DNA of 64,000 nucleotides, taken from NCBI GenBank assembly GCA_964016885.1, contig OZ024743.1, forward strand, positions 13,516,001 through 13,580,000. Reading direction: 5' to 3'. Under the pieces are notes generated by a model. The model ran no database searches. It was not told the origin of the DNA and saw only the letters and a program-made list of their open reading frames with translations. Shown one piece after another: positions 1 to 13,481 of this stretch (position 1 is the stretch's first letter; every line of letters starts with the position of its first letter). Position numbers and translations under genes: made by a program. The DNA comes from Eledone cirrhosa (taxonomy: Eukaryota).

Positions 1-2
1 AC

Positions 3-206
3 CTTCGGGATATTCGTCTCGGTGGTAGTTCCCCCATCGCCCGCCACTTTGGTGCCCCTGGACATTCCGCACGCCATCTCACAGTCTGTGGCCTACTCCA
101 ATGCCACGGAACACCCGCCAATCTCCTCAAAGTCGAACAAAGAACCATCTTCATCTTACAGACCCACACTCCCCCCGGCCTGAACTCCCCACCCTTATTC
201 CTTTAA
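3..206 (+). pseudogene. C-terminus of GIY-YIG endonuclease of a Neptune-like Penelope-like element (runs off the window start)
   Basis: Frame 3 reads LRDIRLGGSSPIARHFGAPGHSARHLTVCGLLQCHGTPANLLKVEQRTIFILQTHTPPGLNSPPLFL*. This matches the PLE endonuclease tail pattern HLRDI..SPVARHF..GH..L.V.GL..E...IF.L.T..P.GLN. Not in the ORF track because it has no start codon. Confidence 0.8.
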
Positions 207-1291
207 CCTTCGACCGCCCCTCCCCCCACACATATCCCCCACTAACACCACTAACACACCCCTCCTTTTCACCGCCCACCCCACAACTAACAATACTAAC
301 ACCTCCACTCCACCCCTCATCCGACCACCCTTCCCCAACTAACATACTAACATCCCTCCCTTCTTCTCCCCCCCTCCTTATCACACGCACACACCCACCG
401 GCACATATATACACGCGCTCACACTAAACCCACACCCTACTACCACCACTAACCCTCACCCCCACACCTCCATCCCACCACCCTGCAACTAACATCACTA
501 ACACCCCCCAACCCCACGCACACGTACCCACACACCCTCGTACACCACCAACTCTACACACCCTACCACCACTAACCCCCACTCACACCTGCATTCAACC
601 CTTTCTCCACCTCCCGTATACTAACACCCAACCCACTAACACCCCCTTCATCAAACTACACACACCAGTACACCACACTCCCTCCATCGACCCCCACACC
701 CTTCTCTCCCCGCTCCACCCACACCCTTTCTCCACACTCACTCATCCCACTAACACATCTACTAATACACACACACACCCTCCTCACTCCAACTTTCACA
801 CCTACCCATCCTCGCCCCTTTACCATTCCACCCGACTGCTGCTATGCCCTCTGACCACCTCCCAGCACAAACAGACACACAGCACTCCCATCGCCTTGCC
901 CATTTCCTGTTGCACGCGCACCCCACATCTCTCCTCTTCCGACCATCTCTTCATGGAATACTCGTATGTGGAACTTGACCACCGTGGAACCTACTACCAT
1001 TATAGGAGTTTACCAACATTTCAACCACATCCTCTTACGGAATCACCTATATAACTCACCCACACACACACACCCCAAACATTTTTTTATCTCCCACACG
1101 CCACCTACACCCACAACACGCTTAAACCCCACACACACGTGCTTTCCACCACATATTTACACCTTCAGCCTCCGGATTCCTCTCCCCCCCACCCCTCTAT
1201 CCACACACGCACACACACTCCGACCTACACCCCACCCCACACACACCTCTTCCTGAACATGCAACCCCGTTCTTCCCCCAACCCTTGATTT

Positions 1292-1322
<31 letters not shown>

Positions 1323-1638
1323 GTACACCTACACACACATACCACCTTCAGCCCTCCCCGCTCGGACACCCCATCTCCCACTCCCCACTCCACCCGCCAC
1401 CACCCCTATACACCCCACACCCTTCCACCACCTGTTTTACCCCTTTTTAATTTCAGTTTATTTTGATCATGCTTTTATATTTATTTTTATTTATTTCATT
1501 TCATTTTATTTTGATCATGCTTTATTTTAATTTTTATTTTTAATTTCATTCGCACCGTTTCCTCCCACCCCCTTTTCGCTATATGTCTCTCCACCACTCC
1601 CCTACACACCCTTTGAACTCTCTTCCCACACACTTCTC

Positions 1639-1670
1639 ACCTGAGGAAGGGCTTATGCCCGAAACGTCGT
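1639..1670 (+). ncRNA. Minimal hammerhead ribozyme (PLE type)
   Basis: CTGAGGA-A-GGGC(TTAT)GCCC-GAAACGTC: core, 4-bp stem II, palindromic ACGT stem III, GUC site. Only about 2 bp of stem I visible. Confidence 0.7.
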
Positions 1671-1757
1671 TCCCCACCACCACCCCACTCTCCAGAGCGT
1701 GAAATTAATAAATATTCGTTGTACTGCCTCTCTGTTTTGTTCTTGTTCAAATTTTCC

Positions 1758-1800
<43 letters not shown>

Positions 1801-2269
1801 TTGGTTGACAGCCTACGTGAAAAATGAATTCAGTAGTTATAGTAAAATGAGTATGTGATTAGACAAATGTACCTGTGGTATTCGCAGAAGACGAAATTTA
1901 GATATCAAAATATTAAATTAGATATATCTGATACAGATGTCATGTCAGATTAATCTAATGTGAATACCATATAGTTACCATCTGGTATGAGGCACGGTGC
2001 AAAGAGATAACTATTACGAACTAACTGCAGTCGTTGTAGAAAAGATACTTAGAACTTAGCAGTGATAACGTAATTTGCCTACAATACTCAAGCAAAAACA
2101 TTTATATGAATATGGAAACAATGAATTCCAAACTAAAAGCAGAGAAATAAAGCGAAAAGAATGCTTTATAATTGCAACAGTGAAAATATAAGTACACCTT
2201 AAACAAATACTAAAATAATGTTCCGTAGTATTTTGAAACACCGGAGGGAAATGTTATTATTTGATAAGA

Positions 2270-2820
2270 AAACGAACAATGGCTCAAAAGCCCTCGACAA
2301 CTAAAGGCAAATCGAATCTTTATCTACACAAGATCAATGCCTGAAGAAAAATGTTCCACTATAAATACGAAAACAGGAAGCTAACGTCAATTGCAGACTA
2401 TACAATCAACACAGAAGAAATTGATCGCATCATTAAGGACTGTCCATTCGTCGCCAATCTATAATACAAATATGTTCACACATATGACCGGATATATCCG
2501 TCTATCTATGGAGGAAAATCCATTAAACTATGCAGACTAATAGATAATTTAATCACCTCCGTACAAGAAATAAAATGAGACCTATCGGAATAAAAGTTAT
2601 ATTAATAATATGAGTTCTGAATATGTCAATCGAAGTGAGCATGAATAAAAACCAAAACTAAAGATAAAAAATAAAAAAAAATACATCTTACAGCTCGAAA
2701 CATAAACTAAATATGGACAAGATTATGTTATGCAAGACGCTTGAGTTCAATAACCTGTTTCATACGGTGTAAATACAAACAATTGTCTTGCAATAATACG
2801 AACATTCTGTGAAATTCAAA
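2270..2820 (+). pseudogene. Highly decayed 3' fragment of an R4-like LINE
   Basis: Fragmentary translations WLKS..LK, QDQCL, I..II..CP and MSI resemble the intact R4-like ORFs in this window. Many stops and frameshifts. Confidence 0.4.
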
Positions 2821-2877
2821 ACAACAGCTAAACAACAGCAATATCACCACCGCCACCACGACCAATCCCATAATAAG

Positions 2878-3060
2878 TGTTTCTCCTTTTGGCACAAGGC
2901 CAGCAATTAACCAGTGCATTACTGGTACATTATTTTATCGACCCCGTAAGGGTGAAAGGCAAAGTTAATCTCGGCGGGATTTGAACTCACAATGACAAGG
3001 GCCGTAACTCCATGAGTCAAAGCATGGCGCCCGACCTTCTACCGATACTGCCAATCGACC
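2878..3060 (-). mobile_element. tRNA-derived SINE (octopus-type, Meta-domain-like core)
   Basis: Minus strand has A-box-like TGGCAGTATCGG, B-box GAGTTCAAATCCC, core GCCTTTCA.CCTTACGGGGTCGATAAAATAA.GTACCAG and an (ATT)n tail. About 10 copies in the window. Confidence 0.85.
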
Positions 3061-3498
3061 CATAATAACAATAATTATTATTTTTGTATTTCATAAGTTC
3101 TCTCAAAATGTTTAGTCCAGATATTGAGGAAGGATGTCAACTTGTATATTAAATATAAATAACCAGTTCGAAAGGTACAGAACAGAGCAGAGATAAAAAG
3201 AAACGTAATCTCAAAAGAAAAACTAAATTCAAATTTTTTTAACGCAACACCCATTACCTCCCTCGTTGTTGTGGCTACAAGCTTGGCTTAGCTAAAATCA
3301 AAAATAGCAGCAGCAGCAACAACAATAACACTAGTGACTAATCTGACGAGCCTTAGCCCCCCCCCCCCAAAAAAAAAAACCCCATTAAAACATTACAATG
3401 ACAAGAACACACCCCACCACCACCGCCACTACCACTACTACCACTGAAAAATGAAAATTATTTGTTGATGTTGATAGTGGTGATGTTGATGATAATGG

Positions 3499-4658
3499 TT
3501 GTTTCTATTTCGGCACAGGCCCAGCGATTGCCGCAATGAATTGCTGGTCTTTGTCTTGTCAACCTCGTAGAGGTGAGGAGTGGGGTTGACCTCGGCAGTA
3601 TTTGGGCTCAGACCATAAATGGTAGATGCTGTTGATAATAATAATTGTTTCTACTTTTGGCACAGGGCCAGCAATTAACCAGTGTATTACTGGTACTTTA
3701 TTTTATCGACCCCATAAAGATTAAAGGCAAAGTTAACCTCGGCGGGATTTGAACTCAGAATGGCAAGGGCCGTAACTCTATGCGTCAAAGCATGGCGTCC
3801 GACCCTCTACCGATACTGCCAAAATAATTTCTACTCATAGGCACAAGGCCAATAATTTGGGGAGAGGGTAATAGACCCTAGTGCATTACTGGTACTTTAT
3901 TTCATCGACACCGTAAGGACGAAAGGTAAAGCTAACCTCGGCAGGATTTGAACTCAGAACGAAAAGGGACGTAATTCTGTGCTGAAAAGCATTTGTCCGA
4001 CGCTCTACCGATACTGCCAATCCGCCGTAAGATAATAATAATTGTTTCTACTTTTGGCACAAGACCAGCAATTATCCCACTGTATTACTGGTGCTTTATT
4101 TTATCGACCCCGTAAGAATGAAAGGCAAATTAACCTCGGCGGGATTTGAACTCAGTCAATAAAGGGCCGTAACTCTATGCTGCAAAGCATGGCGTCCGAC
4201 CCTTTGCCGGTACTTCCAATCCAGGAAGCACATTAAGAAAAGATTAAGGACAGCACAAAAAAACAGCACAAAATTAATTGTTTCTACTTTTGGCACAAGG
4301 CCAGAAATTATCCAGTACATTACTGGTACTTTGTTTTATCGACCCCATAAGGATGAAAGACAAAGTTAACCTCGGCGGGGATTGAACTCAGATCGTAAAG
4401 TAACGTAACTATGCTGGAAAGCATATCCGACCCTCTACCGATACTGCCAATTCACCGCCCTACAGCACAAAAATAATTGTTTCTACTTTAAGCACAAGCC
4501 AGCAAATACCCAGTGCATTACTGGTACTTTATTTTATCGACTCCGTAAGGATGAAAGGCAAATTCAACCTCGGCGGGACTTGAACTCAGACCGTAAAGGG
4601 ACGTAACTATGCTGGAAAGCATGGCGTCCGACCCTTTACCGATACTCCCAATCCACCA
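3499..4658 (-). mobile_element. Head-to-tail cluster of about 6 SINE copies (about 3499-3625 degenerate, 3645-3822, 3827-4028, 4043-4223, 4278-4460, 4477-4658)
   Basis: Repeated units of about 180 bp, each with the same A/B boxes and core as 2878-3060. Confidence 0.9.
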
Positions 4659-4789
4659 CAAAAATAATGATAGATAAATGTCACATGAATTGTCCCGAAA
4701 CTTAAATTTGTCCTTTTTTTTAACGTGATGGTGTCATGCTGAAAACATTGGTATTTTGAAATACTTTACTTCAGTAAATAATAACGAAA

Positions 4790-5240
4790 GACATGATGCA
4801 CAAAAGAAATAGGTGTGCAGGCACAATACCTAGTTGTAAAATGCTATCTAGGGAAAAGGATAGTCCTGAGAAATAAAATCATATAAAGTTCTAGTGATGT
4901 GGAGGATATATATATATATATATATATACATAATATGAAAAAGGACTGGTGGAATGTTCCAGTTAAAACAAAATGCAAACATAGACCAAACTAGTGATAT
5001 GGGACAGATAAAAGAAGGCATGCACAGTAGTAGGAATCAGCCAAGGACATGTCAATATACTGCCAAAGTTTAGTGAAAAGGAGAACATTTATGCTGAAAT
5101 ACTGAGTAATCTGCAGATAACTAAATATTTATATTTTTACTTTTGATCATTGGGGTTCTGGCTATGTTACAAACTGCTTCAGTACAAAGCTGGGTATCAC
5201 AGAACAAGAATGGGCATGGCTAGTTAGGACGTTACAGGTA
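4790..5240 (+). pseudogene. Decayed restriction-like endonuclease region of an RLE-type LINE
   Basis: Broken translations VP..T..K, HRP.LV.WD, K.SEKEN.Y.E and IIG.L.YV resemble a PD-(D/E)xK LINE C-terminus. Confidence 0.35.
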
Positions 5241-6814
5241 TATCTCATTAAAGAACCTGTAAAATTCTGTAAAACATTTCAGATATTTAGCCTGTAATAA
5301 CTCCATATAGTCATGTATAGAGACAGAAATATATGCACCTGTACAGATATAACTCAAAACATACATATCTACACATACACTAACATCCATACCTGCGTAC
5401 ATTCGCACACAAATACATCGAGATATACATACGGTTTTATATAATTTATATTGTGGGACTTCCAATGAAAGATTCTTGTTTCTATCTAAGAAACCGGTGC
5501 ACTCTATCTTGGGGAAAATTTATAAATTTAAAACAGAACAGCATACACACTTTTGTCTACGTATGCCAGATTTTCGTGTTCTGGAATCAGTCCGCATTTT
5601 TGTGATTTACATTATATTGTACATCTCAACACATAATAATAATTGACCACTGTAAAATAACAGTTGTGGAATTTGATAAAACTGGACAAAGAACCATGCA
5701 AATATTCTAAGCCTGCATCTGTAAGTCATGCGCCTTTTCAACATATATACTTCTTAAATTAGCTGCTTTGTTGTCACATCTGCCTGCAGACTACACATTT
5801 TCTAAAAATACGGAATTGCTGGCCAACAATTCTTTAGCATAATTATTAACGGACTGAAAAACCAATCAAAATACCTCCGGGAGATGCGGGGTTTAGCTCC
5901 TAATGGGTACCTTTATCCAAAATATTCAGATAATGCAAGGTGAGTAATTTCCAGGTGCCAAACTATCAATTTAATAAATCCACTCCAGGTGATTAGTTCT
6001 TTATCTACTATTTCTTGCACCCAATGCAACAGTGCTAATGATATTAAACACGTCTGGTGAAGAATAGGTAAAAAAGAACAATACGATTTTATGAGATAAA
6101 CAATTTCAATTTCTCACTAATATTATTTCGCACAAAATTTTCATCACTTCAAGAATTTAAAAAAACAATTCGTTTGAGAAATAGAAACATAACTATTATG
6201 GGGCCGAGAATAAAATTTAACAGAATAGATATCAGATCATTATCAGGTGCCAATATATCGTTTCATGTTATAAATTATTCATAAACATCTACTACAATTA
6301 TTCAGAACATCCACGCTTGTTTGCGCAAAAATGTCTACACGATATTATTATTTAATGTTTACATACACATAGTTGCATATATATATTTATACAGAAATAC
6401 CAGCACTTACGTATCAGTAATTACTGTCAAAGATAGAAAAAGGGATTTACAAATATACCGAAAACAATCATAGACACACGCACAGACACACACACTCAAT
6501 ATCTATATCTAACTATAATATACATATATACATACTTAGACCACTCGCACACATATATATTCACCTGTGTCTCTATGTGTATGTGTATGCGTGTATGTAC
6601 GTGTGCTTCCGTTTACAACTATTGCTACTTGCAAAAAAAAAAAAAGTGGTAAAAGCAAAGCAATACAAACTCAACGATTTACACTTCTATCATATATTTA
6701 AATATTTTGCCTGAAAATAAACTTTCCTAGAAAAACTGAGGACGGGGTTTTCACACAAACAATCACATGCACATGTATGTGTGTATGTATATATAGATAA
6801 AAATATGTTTCTCC

Positions 6815-6817
<3 letters not shown>

Positions 6818-6897
<80 letters not shown>

Positions 6898-6906
6898 AGA
6901 GAGAGA

Positions 6907-6965
<59 letters not shown>

Positions 6966-6997
6966 ATTATATATATATATATGTATATATATATATA

Positions 6998-7096
<99 letters not shown>

Positions 7097-7112
7097 TAAA
7101 TATATATATATG
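6818..7112. repeat. Compound (CT)n/(TA)n microsatellite (one example of dozens of TA, CA, CT, TTC and TTA tracts)
   Basis: Directly visible. These tracts generate most of the spurious [12 protein letters not shown] ORFs. Confidence 0.95.
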
Positions 7113-7404
7113 TATGCCTGTCTATACTTAAGCGTGTGTGTCTCTTGTGCGTGTGCGTATTCTTATGAACTCGTGACAATAATGTAATACTCAGAAAAGC
7201 TGTATATCGTTGTGGGGAAACTATAGTTATGATATATAAAATAAACTAATCTTTTGAATAATAATGTGATCTTAAAAAGTAATGAAGCCCGAGGCAAAGA
7301 AAGATAAATCTCTTGCCCGGGTTTGTTACGCATAATAATGAAGTGAGTTGAATACGATATATATACACATCCCCTCCCGCACAAACAAACACGCATACAC
7401 ACAC

Positions 7405-7466
<62 letters not shown>

Positions 7467-10163
7467 TGTGTGCGTAATATGTGTGGTTGAGTGCATGCAT
7501 GTGGATAGATATATTTTTATGTCTTGCGATAACTGCTATATAAGTAAACATGACAGACATAAGAACTTAATGGCGCCACCCTCTATATTTATATCGTTAT
7601 TATGTGAATATAACTTCAGGTAGTATTCCCATGTATTCGAAATTTATCCAAACGATTTGTTATTCGGAAGTTACATGTAGAGTTAGATATATATATTCTC
7701 CACAACATGATTTAATGTATGAAGTATGTTTAAGGATATGTTCATCAAATGTATTCAGAATGTGTTACTGTTGCTGCTTTTGATATTGCTGCTTAGTCTC
7801 ATCCCACGTTTGATTGAGTAGGTCTACCACCACACATATCCAATGTATCCATTCTTCATTTAAATATAGCGTTGTCTTTGAAAGGCGTTTGGTTGCTGTT
7901 TACAGCAAATTTAGAGATCTCGTAAAGGGTTGCTCGTCAGCATAAATATTTGCTAGACTCTTTTTGTAATGTCAAGAAAGAAATGTTTGTATCGTGCTAT
8001 GTTTATTGCCTTGATGAACTGCATTAAGTATTCTTTAGAGTGACTTGAAATATCAACGACATTTGATTTTCAAAACTTATGAAATAACAAAATTATAGCT
8101 TATTAGGTTGAAATAAGCCAAAAACAATAGAAAATGGAAGAATGCGTTTATCAAGGAAGTAGAACAACAGACCATCTCTAGGTTTATATATAAGAGGTTT
8201 ATTCAACAGAGCGATGGAATACCCATAGGTTTGATTTCCGAGATAGCTTCACAACTGCGTTATTTGGTGTTCAACTCTATATTTAAGCCTGTGTGTGTTT
8301 CAGAGAGCGAGAGGAAGAGTGAAAAAGAAGAAGGAGGGAGAAGAAGAAAGTGAGTTAGTCAAAGATAAGAGTGGGAGAAAGGGGAGATGTAAAAGGAGAT
8401 AAAATGGAAAAAACTGATATATTTCTGTTTATGAATTTACCTGCGCAGTACTCGTTGCATTTGGTTAGACTGTCCCTTGTTATATTTCCTACTAGATAGA
8501 CAGTAAAGCAATGCATCGCTTCTTAGACAGTGATTAACCATGATTCTCCTTTTTACAAAATGAGCTGTGTGTATGTATTTATATAGTTGAAAGAAAAAAG
8601 AAATGATAAAAGCATAAATACATTACACAAAGTCTTATTAGTTTCACGTTTGTTGGAAAAGTAACATCAGTGACTCAACATATCGGCCGATAATATTTCA
8701 TCAACAAAAATTAATGTTAGTAGAAAGCGGATTCTGGAAGGGTGAAGAAAACAAAGTTCGATCAGAATGGTTGAAGTGGGAACTACGTGATTTGGTGCTC
8801 AAATCTATAGATTTGCTTGTGTTTGTGTATGTTTGTGTGTGTTTGCGTGTGTTTGTGTGTATTTGAACATTGAAAATAAATATTGTACGGACGGTACTAT
8901 ACTAAATACAGTAAAATATTTTTATGAGCCTTTCTTTCCAGACTATGTCTGTTTTAGCGAGTGAGTAAAAAGTTTGCCTTGCTATCAACAATCTTTCAGT
9001 TCCACATAAGCCATATATTATGGATATCTAATGTGTTCCTCTTTTCTCAAGTGTATTTTACTTTTGGTTCGAGTTACACCAAGCCTGTAAGTGAAATGAG
9101 TAAACGGAAACTGAGTTGAATCTTATAAAATATATCGTACTTACATGTAGCCCTGCTCTAATGGGTATATGTTTAAAAAGCTTTTGCTTTTGCAGTAGAG
9201 TATAATTGATTTAACTCACCTCTAATATGTATTGATATATACTATGAAACCCAAATATTTAGAAGCCCTATGGTAGAAGAAATTTAACAGCATTTTTCGA
9301 AATTAGAAAATGGAAGATAACCTGAATTTACCTATATATAGATTCCTGTTGCAATCGCCTGCTTTTCATTAGATAGTAATTGTTTTATTGAAGAGGATAT
9401 AGAAATATAAATTATATCGCATTTTGGCTGAGACCATTTTCTTACTTCCAATATCTCTTCTTTTTATTCTATTACATAATTTGTTACTTCGATATTGCAT
9501 TTGAGAAATTTGTTGGAGAACTCGAGTCAGAAATGGATACGACAGATGGAACGTTGCGGGGGATAACACTACAAATTGGTCTTGGAATGTTTATAATAGG
9601 TTTCACTCTTGTCGGCATTCCAATCAGCTCTCCCTTCCGGTCATTTTCCATGCGTGCATTGAATTACAGGGTCAGCTTGCAGAGTTCGTGATATGTGCAA
9701 ATGTTTCCTAGAATAAATGTGAAAAAGAACAAAATGAAATGTTTCAAGCATTATTCGAGATATTTTGTAAAATTAGTTCACAGCGAATTTAAATTTCTAT
9801 ATGGAGCTAATTTATGGTATACACATTTAATCAAATATTTTGAGCAGATAATCGAAATTAATATGTATTATTCTATGAAACCAGTAACAACAGTTTTTAG
9901 GTTTAACAAGTGGCTCAATTCATGGTCCGTTGTACTAAATGTGCCGTTATTATCTATCACTTTTTAAAATCTGATTGAACAAACAAGCGATGTTCCTGCC
10001 ATTTCTAGCACCTCAAATACGAATGTAGAGCCCCCACTACTGGAACAAAATTGCCAGCGTTACATTTAAATCGTCTGCAAGTTATATTCCAATTATGTTG
10101 GTGTTATTTAAACCTCTTCTATTTTATAACTTATACAACATTAGCTGGAAGATAGCAGAAAAT

Positions 10164-10620
10164 TATAAAGCTCTCTTTACAAAAACAAGAGATGGCTTAT
10201 ATTGAAAAATTCACTGGATCCCAACTCATCCCATAGTTCAAGGCGCGAAATATGCATGCCACGACGGGATAACACAAATATGTTTTCGTCACCAAATATA
10301 TGGAAGCCACCGGGCAACCATCCTTTTGGAAACCAAATAACGAAGTATTCCAGATCAAATATTTTACCTCTCACGCAACGATTCCAAGGATATATAATAT
10401 TATATATATATATATATATATAACTTCGTTATTTGGTTTCCAAAAGGATGGTTGCCCGGCGGTCTTGGTTACCCGGTGGCTTCCATATATTTGGTGACGA
10501 ATACATATTTGTGTTCTCCCGTCGTGGCATGCATATTTCGTGTCTTGAACTATGGCATGAGTTGGGATCCAGTGAATTTTTCAATATAAGCCATCACTTG
10601 TTTTTGTAAAGAGAGCTTTA
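10164..10620. repeat. Fold-back element: inverted arms of about 180-195 bp (10164-10346 / 10423-10620) beside (TA)n
   Basis: The arms are reverse complements (AGCTCTCTTTACAAAAACAAG ... CTTGTTTTTGTAAAGAGAGCT). No clear HHR core found. Confidence 0.85.
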
Positions 10621-10631
10621 TATATATATAT

Positions 10632-10694
<63 letters not shown>

Positions 10695-10819
10695 GGAGGT
10701 GAGTTTTATTGTAGTACAATAAAGCAATCCAGATATCGGATAAGAAGCACTCTACAGTTTGTAGGACTGGAGTATACATAATATATAAGAACAAAAGATG
10801 GTTAAATGAGTTCCATGTA

Positions 10820-10886
10820 TTTTATTATGCGCATTTCAAAAACAAATATCATCATGCAATAACATTTGTGTTTTCATCAGATAAAA
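10820..10886 (-). ncRNA. Type-I hammerhead ribozyme (family A)
   Basis: Reverse complement of the motif at 12438-12504. Confidence 0.8.
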
Positions 10887-12437
10887 TAGGAGGACATGAT
10901 ATGAAGGTTAAAAACACTTGTGGATAGTGCAGATTTAAATCAACATATGAAAAGTAGTTTTAGATTGATGTGTGATATTGGGGAAAAAAATGTTTTTTTT
11001 AGGGGGGGTGGGGGTGAAAGGATGAAAAAGAGGAGGAGATGAGAGTAAAAAGTGGAGGGGGAGGAGTATAATGAGGAAGGATGAAATAGGAGGAGAGATG
11101 GCTGATAGAGAGAGATAGCTTTTATAACTGAGAAAAATATATTGTTTTACATAGAGAGGTTGAAAAACCGTTGGAAGATAATGTATAAATTAAAAGAATT
11201 TGAAAATTAACGAAGAGAAAAATAATGTAAAGTTAAGGTTTGTATATTAAAGGGTTTAATAATATGTGCGATGAAAAGAAATTGTTAATATGTATTAAGA
11301 ATAATATTTAAGGGTTTAATAATATGTGCGATGGAAAGAAAATGTTAATATGTATTAAGAATAATTTTAAGGGTTTAATAATATGTGCGATGGAAAAAAA
11401 TGTTGATATGTATTATTAAAAAACAGAAGTAATGTAAGTAAGGAATATATTGTGAGATGAGCATGAATAAGGTAGATGAATGTGAAAAAAAAATAATGAA
11501 TAGAGGATGAATAATCTAACGTCAAAAAAAATGTTTATGTTTACGAAGGATTTTTTCAAGGTGATATAAAGTAAGAATATAGTGTATTGTGTAATAATTG
11601 TTTCTATGTTAGGCACGGTGAGAAAAGGTACAGATTAGGGGTTAGAAATTAAAAGAAAAAGAAAAGAAAAGGAAAAGAAAGATTATTCATCCTCTATTCA
11701 TTATTTTTTCTCATTTTCATCTAACTTATTCATGCTCATCTCACAATATATTCCTTACTTACATTACTTCTGTTTTTTTAATAATACATATCAACATTTT
11801 CTTTCCATCGCACATATTATTAAACCCTTCAAATTATTCTTAATACATATTAACATTTTCTTTCCATCGCACATATTATTAAACCCTTAAATATTATTCT
11901 TAATACATTTTAACAATTTCTTTTCATCGCACATATTATTAAACCCTTAAATATTATTCTTAATACATATTAACATTTTCTTTCCATCGCACATATTATT
12001 AAACCCTTAAATATTATTCTTAATACATTTTAACAATTTCTTTTCATCGCACATATTATTAAACCCTTCAATATACAAACCTTAACTTTACATTATTTTT
12101 CTCTTCGTTAATTTTCAAATTCTTTTAATTTATACATTATCTTCCAACGGTTTTTCAACCTCTCTATGTAAAACAATATATTTTTCTCAGTTATAAAAGC
12201 TATCTCTCTCTCTCTATCAGCCATCTCTCCTCCTGTCTCATCCTTCCTCATTATACTCCTCCCTCTCCACTTTTTACTCTCATCTCCTCCTCTTTTTCAT
12301 CCTTTCAAACCTCCCCCCCTCCTCAAAAAAAAGTTTTTTTACTCAATATCACACATCAATCTAAAACTACTTTTCATATGTTGATTTAAAACTGCACTAT
12401 CCACAAGTGTTTTTAACCTTCATATCATGTCCTCCTA

Positions 12438-12504
12438 TTTTATCTGATGAAAACACAAATGTTATTGCATGATGATATTTGTTTTTGAAATGCGCATAAT
12501 AAAA
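12438..12504 (+). ncRNA. Type-I hammerhead ribozyme (family A)
   Basis: TTTTAT-CTGATGA-long AU/GU stem II-GAAA-TGCGCA-TA-ATAAAA. Stem I is TTTTAT/ATAAAA, stem III loop TGCGCA is palindromic, cleavage site AUA. Confidence 0.8.
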
Positions 12505-12606
12505 TACATGGAACTCATTTAACCATCTTTTGAACTTATATATTATATATATATATATATTATATAAAATTAACAAAGAAGCCTTTAATACATTAAACAT
12601 CTTTAT

Positions 12607-12651
12607 TTGCTGACAATGTTTCGTCCCATTAATTAGGACTCATCAGAGCAA
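12607..12651 (-). ncRNA. Type-I hammerhead ribozyme in the inverted pLTR (family B)
   Basis: Reverse complement is TTGCT-CTGATGA-GTCC(TAATTAATG)GGAC-GAAAC-ATT-GTC-AGCAA. Confidence 0.85.
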
Positions 12652-13274
12652 GGAAAAAGCCAAGAAATATCATCGGCTAGAACAAGCCAAAATTTAGAAG
12701 AATAGCGAATGGATATTTAGGAAAATTTAGGAAAATTATCATGGAAAGACATATTAAACCTAATAGGGTGCATTTGTAAATAAAAATTATAGGGCAAGAG
12801 AGCAAGCAAACATTAAACAACCCCACGTTAAAAGTACAATATAAGTCTAATACTTGAAATACAACATAGTAATATAATGCAAGAAATAAGATATAAAAAT
12901 TATAATATAATATACAATACAATACAATACATAATACGGAAATAAAATTTAATATATATATATATATCTACACGCATTCCGACACATATATATACACACA
13001 CACATATACACATTTACACATACACATATTAACACAAATATATAAATATAAGCATTATAAGAGAATAATCACCCTGACGGTGTGATTAAACAATACTAAA
13101 ATCAATGAAAATAATATATTGACATCTCTTGCCCTATAGATTTTATTTACAAATGCACACTATTAGGTTTAATATGTCTTTCCATGATAATTTTCCTAAA
13201 TTTTCCTAAATATCCATTCGCTATTCTTCTGAATTTTGGCTTGTTCTAGCCGATGATATTTCTTGTCTTTTTCC

Positions 13275-13319
13275 TTGCTCTGATGAGTCTTAATTAATGG
13301 GACGAAACATTGTCAGCAA
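13275..13319 (+). ncRNA. Type-I hammerhead ribozyme in the 5' pLTR (family B)
   Basis: TTGCT-CTGATGA-GTCT..GGAC-GAAACATTGTC-AGCAA. Stem I is TTGCT/AGCAA, GUC site. Confidence 0.85.
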
Positions 13320-13481
13320 ATAAAGATTTTTAATGTATTAAAGGCTTCTTTGTTAATTTTATATAATTTTTCGGCTCTGTTTGATAACATTGAGCTATAT
13401 CTTATACTGTCATTTCTCTAATACGACGAGTGTGTTTAACTTTAATGCACTCAAGTATTTTTATCTTATTACGGCTCCCTA

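Larger units (their letters stand above)
1..1758 (+). mobile_element. 3' part of a Neptune-like PLE (EN tail, C/A-rich 3' UTR, HHR, AATAAA) ending in (TA)n
   Basis: EN tail, then about 1.4 kb of strongly G-poor UTR, HHR core at 1641, AATAAA near 1707, then a (TA)n tract. Confidence 0.7.
10692..12545. mobile_element. Non-coding PLE-type fold-back element: long inverted arms (about 10790-11517 / 11680-12530), an HHR in each arm and an internal 60-bp minisatellite
   Basis: Arms are reverse complements and the element is flanked by (TA)n. The 60-bp unit occurs 3 times in the left arm and 5 times in the right arm. Confidence 0.85.

Noticed and set aside
101-1530. Pro/His/Thr-rich ORFs at the window start
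   Set aside because: Products of the C/A-biased PLE 3' UTR. The real coding remnant is the frame-3 segment 3-206.
3499-4658. CRISPR-like array or tRNA gene cluster
   Set aside because: Eukaryotic context. Units are ~180-bp SINEs with pol III boxes but no full cloverleaf, and there is no repeat-spacer structure.
7190-7330. GAAACTATAGTT and the CCCG.GGCAA/TTGCCCGGG hairpin
   Set aside because: No CTGANGA core in a compatible position.
8180-8200. TATA-like TATATATAAG, and kB-like sites at about 5455 and 6744, as a TLR promoter
   Set aside because: Such motifs are expected by chance in AT-rich DNA, and nothing links them to the gene 50 kb away.
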